DNA of 58,677 bases, filler included, from Sphacelaria rigidula (lineage: Eukaryota): the NCBI GenBank assembly GCA_964200075.2. It is 5 parts of 5 records of this genome, joined end to end, with 100 filler letters (N's around TTAATTAATTAA, not from the genome) between each part and the next. Parts side by side here need not be neighbours in the genome. Positions count along the whole stretch, not along the records: positions 47,024 to 58,677 come from CAXNAA020004659.1; 4 more parts are not named here. One strand, written 5' to 3'. The notes under the pieces are model-generated. The model was not told the DNA's origin, searched no databases, and worked only from the letters and a program-made list of their open reading frames with translations. Positions 50,680 through 58,677 of this stretch are shown piece after piece. Numbering within the stretch: position 1 is the first letter of the stretch; each line of letters opens with the position of its first letter. A program made the translations under genes and the position numbers.

Positions 50680-52670
50680 TCGATCGTATCAACCCCGTCT
50701 TCAACTCCACACAGAGCTTAGCAGTTGCGTTGTCCCATAACTCTCTACGCTCGAATCTGGACTTGGTCCTTCAGACTAGAAATCTGAGGTGTGGGAACAC
50801 CAACTGCAGTCACTGCGGCAAAGGCTTCCCTCAGCAACCGCACGCACAGGCAGTCGTGTACCTCCTTCAGCTGACTCAAGTTTTGCTGATTTCAACGCGA
50901 CCACTTCGGATCATGAAATACCTACCCAGCTTGATCGAGCTCTTTCTCCGCGATCAAAGCGCGCCGAGCTACCTCTAACTAGTTTTTACAACATCCGCCC
51001 AAATCTACCCTCGGCTATGTCTCCTCAGCCAAGCTTACCAGCAGAAAGTCCACAAGCTTCGCCTGATCGTGCTCCGATGCTGACCCTTTCCACCCAACTG
51101 GACGCAGTTTGCTTCCCCAACACACTTTAGATGTTCCCCGACCCTTGTCACGGCGAGAGAGAAACCCCGTAAACATACCCCCAAGGAAGCATGCGCATCG
51201 CCACGTAGACCTCTCTCGAGCGGAAAATTTCGATCTGATTCTCTCAAAATGCTACGGCTTTGATGCTGGCTTTATCCAGTGTTACGCAAGAAACCAAATG
51301 TAATATTTCTGGAGTGATTGCTCCTTTAATGAACGACTCTAGCACTGAGCAGTCTGGACCTACCTTGGATGTTGATCCCTGTCTCTCCAGGACGGTCGTA
51401 TATGAAATTGCTAATGACCAGCCTAGCCGTGCCGTACCTAGGGAGAAAATATCGCTCACCACCTTTTCTGGTGAGAAATCTGACCTACCGGCGGACCACT
51501 CACTACCCGTTTTCGCTGTCAGCCCTGCTGACTTCGATCACTTCACCTTGTCTGAACATGGCCCGGACCCTTGCGGCAAAGTGTCTGTTGATCTCGCCAC
51601 TTTCACTACATGCGTCGCGATCCGTGGTCCGGACGCTATTACGCTTGTCAAATGCGTCTCCTTGTTGGATAGCGGCAGCACACAAACATTTACTCGCGAA
51701 GCAACATGGGAACACATGAAACGGACTGACGCTGCTTCTGCGGTCTGTGAAACCGCCACCTAGACTGGCGTATCGAGCAACTTCGGTGACTCTACCGCAC
51801 CCCTAACTAAACCAAAATCTGTACGTTTTAGTGAGCACTTTTGTCGCGATACAACTCGCTCTATTAGCCTTGCAGTCTGGGCATCGGTAGTCCTCGACGG
51901 CACAATACAACATACCATATTACTGAGCAGAGATAGCTACATGTGGTTTGATCAACGAACCAACCAACCGCACGCTACCATTACCGCCACAGTATGCGCC
52001 TCGTGGAGACTCCACCGTTGAAGAAGTTGGTACACTCCACGACGCTCTAGCCTACCGAAAAATCATGAAGGAGATGTTCACCACCTAGGATACAATAGCA
52101 GTGCTGTTGTTACCCTTTCCGATGATCCTCAACATCTAGAAGAGTCGTGCTTCGGTAGGGGCGCAAAAAGCCTTCCTGGGCTAGCGTACTGGGGTTAGGT
52201 ACAGACTCTTGCGCACTTGCACTGGTGAGGTTAGGACAAAGTTGCGCCTGAGCGTGAGGTGATCACCTCTCGCAGGCGAGCATCGCAAAAATGTGAAAAA
52301 CGTCACCGCTTCGTTTCACAACGTGGAAATACTTCGGACAAGGTTTGGCCAAAAGAGCGCACCTACCATAGCACGACGCAGAAGTTGCACTAGTTCGCCG
52401 AAATGGCATGCCTGCACTTACGGGACATTTCTTGAAGAAATGTTATCCCTCACTGGTGCGCCTGCTAACACTGAGCATTTTGTCTCAGCGGGAAAACAGC
52501 TCCCACCCCTCACGTGCTATACTAAGTTGGCCTCGGCAATGATTTGGGAATCGCCGCTGGTCCCCTAATGCACATCCCACTCGAGATATGTATAATTGAT
52601 CTTCCGGCGCCCAGCACCGAGCCGACGAAATAATGCTCTGTCAACCATGTCGATGAGCCCTATTTCGACC
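50680..52670 (+). mobile_element. Old degenerate LTR-retrotransposon gag/protease remnant
   Basis: Cys/His cluster CGNTNCSHCGKG and aspartic-protease motif CVSLLDSGSTQTF (ORF 51260-51763); many stops and frameshifts. Confidence 0.55.
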
Positions 52671-52891
52671 TGTGACGCCAGCCAGTCGAAGCACTGTTGG
52701 ATCACTACTGTTGAGGGACTCTCCACTCTTACTGGCCTCACTTTCAGTTGTCAGCCTTTACAACATTCTCATTACTCAGGAGTGCCCTCGTAGGCACAGC
52801 CCCCTAGACACGCCAGGGTATCAACCTAGTGTGCCCGGTCATTATCCAGATCATCACTACCAACTCAACCTAACGGCGTATTTTCGTCACA
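52671..52891 (-). repeat. 3' LTR (221 bp)
   Basis: TGTGACGCCAGCC...TTTTCGTCACA, homologous to 57127-57370. Confidence 0.93.
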
Positions 52892-55800
52892 GCACCCCCA
52901 AAGCGCGTTGGACTGGATCGATCAACAAGCTTGACACATAGAAAACGCTAAAACGATGAGTGGGTCACAATTCAATACCAAACTCACTCGTAATGCGAGG
53001 AGCAATGGTACGAGTCACGCGCAATTTACGCGACTTTTTCGTAGGAAATTCCGGAGTGGCCTCAAAAATATCCCACGTACGCTCCTCAATTTCGAAACCA
53101 ACCCAGTCGACCAACACGATCAACGAACGATCATCTGCTTCTGCCACTCGGACAATATCAGCCATCTGAAATTGCCCCTGATTGAAAGCATGCTGAAACA
53201 CGTCCTTAACGTCAGCCATAACATTAAGCTGCGTAACATTAAGCTGCGAGTCTGCATAAAACGCAAACGAGCTAGGTGGGTGGTCTGAACACGACCTGAA
53301 ACAATGTTTTGAATCTCATACACGTGCGGGTGGTGAGCACCAAACACTCTCCATGGACCAGTCCAAGTCGCCATCAACTTGGGCGTAACACCCGGACGCC
53401 GCACGCGTGCATTCAAGACATAGTCGCCTACCTGAAAATTCGGCAATTCCAGCCCCGACGAGGACCCCTCACGTCTACGCGCACGTTCAGCGGCAACATG
53501 TTTCTGCACTTGAACGTGGAAACGCTCTTGCAAGTCCAAGATTCCTTGCAATGCACTCTTCATTTGAACGTCGTCCAAACAAACATCACAATTCAATTCC
53601 CCCACTGACGAAGACGCCAGCACCGAGAAAGACGCCCGAGGGGCACGACCAAACATCACGTGGTATGGCGTACTATCGTACCGACGACGATACGCTGTAT
53701 TAAGCGCCCATCGCACCGCCAGCAACAGGTCCATCCCCTCGGAAAGAGCTCTACGCTGCTCGGGGAGAATAGAGCGAAGAGCACGAACTACTTCCTTGGC
53801 CATGCGTTCGCACGTACCGTTGGACCACGGAGAATACGCTACCGCAAACTGGTGATCAACGCGCAAAGCCTCTCGCAATCGGGCCAAGATAGCATTCTTG
53901 AAATGCGTGGCGGTGTCACTCATCCACACACGCGGCACCCCCGAAGTTTTGCACCAAGTTAGCAAAGATGCTGCAGTCGACTCAGCAATACACACTGCAA
54001 CTGGTGCCAGAGACACGAAGTTGCTCAAATCATCCATGACTACCACCATGTATCGAAACCCAGCATCCTCCGACAAACCTTGGCGAGCTAGCGGGCCACT
54101 GTCGCCCACGTACAAGAAGTCAAAATAAACCACTTCATTCGGCGTGGTCCTATGGACCGTTTCGCCGAGCGGGCGGGGAACAACATTGCCCGCCCTCGAG
54201 TCAGCTCAGTGAAGACACTGGCGAACAAACTCGCGCGCATGAGTTTGTATCCCCTGCTAGACACAAAACTCTTGCAAGCGCACGAGCGTCGCAGCCACAC
54301 CACGATGCCCGGCCTCGCGCCTGTGCGCGCAAATCATCAGACGTACCTGCAACTGCTTGTCAGAACTCGGAATCCACAAAACGTTTCGGCCACGGACATG
54401 CACACAAAACAGACCTTCACTATCCAAGATAGCAGTACCAACGTCCGACTCGAAAGATTGCACGTCCGCGTTTTAGGCCCCAAGGTCTTTTCGTTGCGCT
54501 TGGCGGACAACAGATTTGGACGGCATCGAGTCATCAGGTTCACACGGACCATACACAGCCACAGCGCGCACAGGCATTTGAATTTCAACTGTAGGCACCT
54601 GCATGACCAAACTACCCCAATGGCACTCAAATGCATCCGGAAACATAAACACCTGACAATCAGGACGAGGATGGAACAGCGTCACGGCATGAGCCACCAG
54701 ATCCTTCGCTGCCGCCCACGCCTGCAGCCTGCCGTCCATGATGCAGCCTCCTTTGAAAACGCCATATCTGGACTGGACCACCCCGTCTGTATATTCCGTA
54801 ACACCAACCCGAGCGCCAAAAGAGCCACCATGCACAACGCCAACCAACTTGACTTCACTGGATCGTACCGCCGCGGCTTCGTCTTCGCCGCGGATGCCCC
54901 AGGTTTTGGCCGAACGCCCATGGGCTCCACGCGCGCAGGGGGATCACCCCGCAGCGCACGACGAAACGCGTTGACGCGGCAATGCCATATGCCGCGCAGG
55001 CGCTCCGCGTTTGAGACGCTCAGGCCTTCCGTCTCAGCATCCGTCACGTTCTCCTCCAGCGCGACCTTCCGAGCGGGCTCCTCTTCCGCCGGAATTATCA
55101 ACATATCCGGGCCGCGCTCTACTAAGCGTTCCACCGCCACATCCCGCTCCTCGGTCATCTGCCCTCCAGCCTCCTGAAAAGCACCCACCGACAAGCTCAC
55201 GCGACGACTGCACAAAAAGGCGGCCGTCTCCAAGCATGGACCAGGCGGAGACATCGGCGTCTTGATGGAGTCCTTCAATCGCTCACACGGGTCGACTCCT
55301 GGATCCTGTAGCGTCGGCAGCCCCAGAAGAACAACGCCATCTGACCCTGGCATAACCGCAAACGAGATCGGAGGCAACAGCGCCAGCCCCCAAGCAGTCT
55401 TGAGGGCTAGCTACAACGGAACAGTACGCTCCGTGACTGAAACATGCCGACCCGACGCGGTGGCTGCCTGCCGCGCCTCGAGCGAAAACGGGATGCGCAG
55501 CGGCACTCGCGGGAGTTGACGCTCCAGCATCTCAGCCATCTGCGCCGGCAGACTAGTGAAATGGGCGCCAGAATCCAACACAGACCGAACCACAATAGCT
55601 CCACGCTGCCGTTGATTCGGAAGACATGACTCCGCCAGAATGCATCTGTCGGCAAGCTCCACGAAAACTTCTTCCGCTGACCTTTGCGCCGCTATTCCCA
55701 CTTGACGCCACGGCTGCGCCAGCTGCGCAGGCGAAGATGCCCCGGCAGGTTAAAACGGCACCGCCGGCGGGTACGCCTCCCAGCCAGCATACAAAGAATA

Positions 55801-57126
55801 TGGCGACCCTCCGACCAGCGCGTCAACAGGCGTCGCACCTGGAGCTGCTGCCGGTGTCGCCGCCGGCGCCACCACCGGCGCCGGCGCAGTGTTCGACTCT
55901 GTAGAAGTCGGGCCCACCTGCACCACCCGCTGCGGAGCAGCAGCACCTACGGCGGCGTCGGACCCAGAGCCAGGCCCATGCCGACGCGGCTGCCCCTGCT
56001 GCTGCTGGTTCTGGTTCTACTGGTTCTGCTGATTTTTGTTGGGCAATCGGGCGCGTAATGGCCGACCTGGCCACAGCGGTGGCAAGCAATACTCGCGGCG
56101 CTACCGGTCGATTTCGAGCCATGGTTGCGCAAAGATTTCGGCGAAGAGGTGGACGACTGGCCGAACACCTCCATTTTCCGCCACTCCTTGGCCTCGGCCA
56201 CGAGGCTGCTCATCACCAGGTACGGGTCGCCCTTCCAATCTTTTTGGTGCTGCAGCTTGAGAAGCACGGCTTGCTTGAAATTTCCCGGTGCCAACCCCTT
56301 CACCAAAGCCTTAGTGATCACTGCTGCCGGGCCGGGAATGAACTCACCATCGGGGGAACGATACACTAGTTCTACGTTCGGATTTTCCGTGAAGTAATTC
56401 TCCAAATTGGCCAAGATGTGCTCCACACGATCCAACATCGTTTTCCTCCGAGAATCCATTGCGACAGCTTTCGCCACGGCCGCGGACGCTTGGGTCAGAT
56501 CTACCTCGGCGCCCGCCGCAGGCTCGGCATGCTTTTTGATCGCCGCAACCAATTACGGCAAGGCGAGAGTGCTCTGATTATGCTCAAAACGAGCGAACAA
56601 TCTTTGTACATGAGTTGGCACTTGTTGAGCCATTGTCGCCACCTGATGCCGCACGGCACCCCCTGCATGGGCGTGCTCCACACGCTTATTGTATTCCAAA
56701 TACCTCGTGTAAAAAGTGCAAGATGCACTGTCGGAGTACCTGTCTCCGTATTGGGGAGGTCGCAATTCTTTCCGCATAACCACGGATGTCACGGTGGACG
56801 TACCTCGTGAGCCGGTAGCCATATCTGTAGCTGTAACCGGCTACCTGCGAACCTCTGCAGGCCAGCGGACCTTCTCGAATTGCACTGTCCTTGCTTCGTC
56901 GCCGCACCACACAGTCGTAGGAGCCTCCAAACTCCCGCTGCACGCAGCTTCAGCAAGTCTCCAGTCTGGATCAATCACAGGCCAGCCGCATTTCTGCAGC
57001 TCCTTCAGCTGGAACCCTCTCCACGCGTCCGTGGTGTATCACGTTTCCGCAGCTACCAGAATCCTACCGAAATCCTTTCCGGCAGATTTCTAGCACTAAC
57101 ACAAGCACTAGCACTAATATCGATAT

Positions 57127-57370
57127 TGTGACGCCAGCCAGTCGAGGAACTGTTGGATCACTGCTGTTGCTCCCCAGTCTTACTGGCCTCAGTTTCAGTT
57201 GTCAGCCTTTACACCATTCTCATTATTCAGGAGTGCCCTCGTAGGCACAGCCTCATAGACACGCCAGGGTATCAACCTAGTGTCCCCGGCCATTATCCAG
57301 ATTATCACTACCAACGGTCATTATCCAGATCATCACTACCAACTCAACGTAACGGCGTATTTTCGTCACA
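57127..57370 (-). repeat. 5' LTR (244 bp, with an internal duplication of CATTATCCAGAT.ATCACTACCAAC)
   Basis: Homologous to 52671-52891. Confidence 0.93.
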
Positions 57371-58677
57371 GACCTCACCTCTACACCTCCGCCTCATGTC
57401 CACACTGTGGACCCTGCCCAGTCAACTTTCAATCCTCCAGCTGAAGTGCTTCACACGTGGACAGATAGCACCCTGTGGGGCGCACTGTGCAGGGTCCGTA
57501 CAGGGTCCTCCACAGTCTTTGTGAAAAAACCCTGACAGTGAAATGCAAAATCTGTACCCGTCGCAGCGTTTTGATAGGGTTTTCCCCAGGGTTGGATTTG
57601 CAGCCCTGTGTAGGCACGTCGGCACAGCCCTGCACAGTCATGTGGTAGTGTTTTGGTGAAAGAACTTCTAGTGTTTTTTTTCGAAAATTCCAAATATTTT
57701 GGTACAAAATCTGTAAATTTGTATATCTTCAATACCTTGTCCTCTTGTCCGAGGTAAATTCGTCCTCACCCGATTTGAGTCCAGGGATAAGGAATTTAAT
57801 TTGGACGGCAAGTCAAGCTAGATCCAAAACTCATCCTTTTCTCGCCCGATGAATTTCGGCAAAGAAAGGGCTTTATTTAGAGCAGCAGAAGAATCTGTTC
57901 AAGATTGATCCTTTTTTCGCCCATTTTCGAGATGAGCGATGAAGGACCTATTTCGAACAGCTCCTTTTGCTGCGCAAATCCCATGCACACTGGCAGATTC
58001 GGAGTTTGACCGGCAGAAGAAGCTCGAAATGAATATTTTCTTTTCCCTCCAATTCATCCACAGATTGGGGGAAAGGAAATTCATGGCGAGCAGCGTCAGC
58101 TGCTGGGCAAATCCCGCATACTGCATCGTCACCGGCGCATGGGATCCGACACGCAAAAAAGTTGCTGAAAGGTATTCATCCTTCTACCCCCGAGTCCATG
58201 CGTACATGGGCTGAGGGATGAATAGCCCTCAATCGCTTTCGCTGAGCAGAGATCCCACACGTTGGACACGTGGGTATGTCCACATCTGTGCTTCGTGTGA
58301 AGCTTTTGAGAAGGTGAGAATATCCCATGATAGAGGATATACCTCGTATGACTATATGTACATTTCCCCCAAAACCCCGTCTTTCGTTGTCTACTAACAC
58401 GAACCATGTTCAGAAAATATCACTTCATCAATCGTATATGAATAGTATATATCTGGACCATCACTCCGTGTATTTATTATCACCGCACCCAAATCGAACA
58501 TCACCAAAAGCACCCGCCCGCACAACGGTGCTATTATTCCGCCCAGCTACACGACCACAACCCCGCGCAGCAAAGAGCACGGGTTGGGCACAGGGATATA
58601 GACACATACACGCACTGCCGTGCGGCGGGTGGATATGATGTATTTCTCGTTGGTGGAAACTTGAGCACCTACTTCTT

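Larger units (their letters stand above)
52671..57370 (-). mobile_element. Ty3/gypsy chromodomain LTR retrotransposon, internally deleted and frameshifted
   Basis: LTRs 57127-57370 and 52671-52891 (TG...CA), TSD GACC, purine-rich tract next to the 3' LTR. Gag with CHRCGQVGHYAPDC knuckle, protease VLDSGAHFT, RT N-terminus GDPPARVEP...WSSP, RNase H start FPDA..HWG, integrase H...GHRG and DFLY...DDLS...SDTATHF...NGTCER, chromodomain VLVDWVGFEIEERTWD. Confidence 0.95.

Noticed and set aside
54152..55177. 341-aa plus-strand ORF
   Set aside because: Antisense shadow of GC-rich gypsy pol with no recognisable domain. The same applies to 5355-6074 (-) opposite the GNAT last exon.

Overview
Eukaryotic, intron-rich, transposon-rich DNA, most likely from a brown alga (Phaeophyceae). 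That assignment is inferred from the NB-ARC receptor gene type, the intron architecture and the transposon complement. The window is not one locus. It is five contigs (1-11657, 11758-23413, 23514-35168, 35269-46923, 47024-58677) of 11657, 11656, 11655, 11655 and 11654 bp, sorted by length and joined by artificial N44-TTAATTAATTAA-N44 linkers. Three spliced genes could be reconstructed by hand: (i) a 5'-incomplete RimJ/RimL-family GNAT acetyltransferase (+, 4 exons); (ii) a complete family I soluble inorganic pyrophosphatase (-, 4 exons, 316 aa); (iii) an NLR-like NB-ARC gene with an apparent MLKL-like four-helix N-terminal domain and no visible TPR exons (-, 3 exons). There is also a low-confidence orphan gene. 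The rest is mostly transposon-derived: a chromodomain Ty3/gypsy element with both LTRs but no RT core, an endonuclease-deleted RTE LINE, tRNA-derived SINEs, non-autonomous hAT elements with 8-bp TSDs (one carrying arrays of palindromic ~40-bp repeats), Tc1/mariner-like and Harbinger-like MITEs, and chains of piggyBac-like MITEs. No CRISPR array, rRNA or bona fide tRNA was found. The best lead for new biology is the MLKL-like/NB-ARC receptor.
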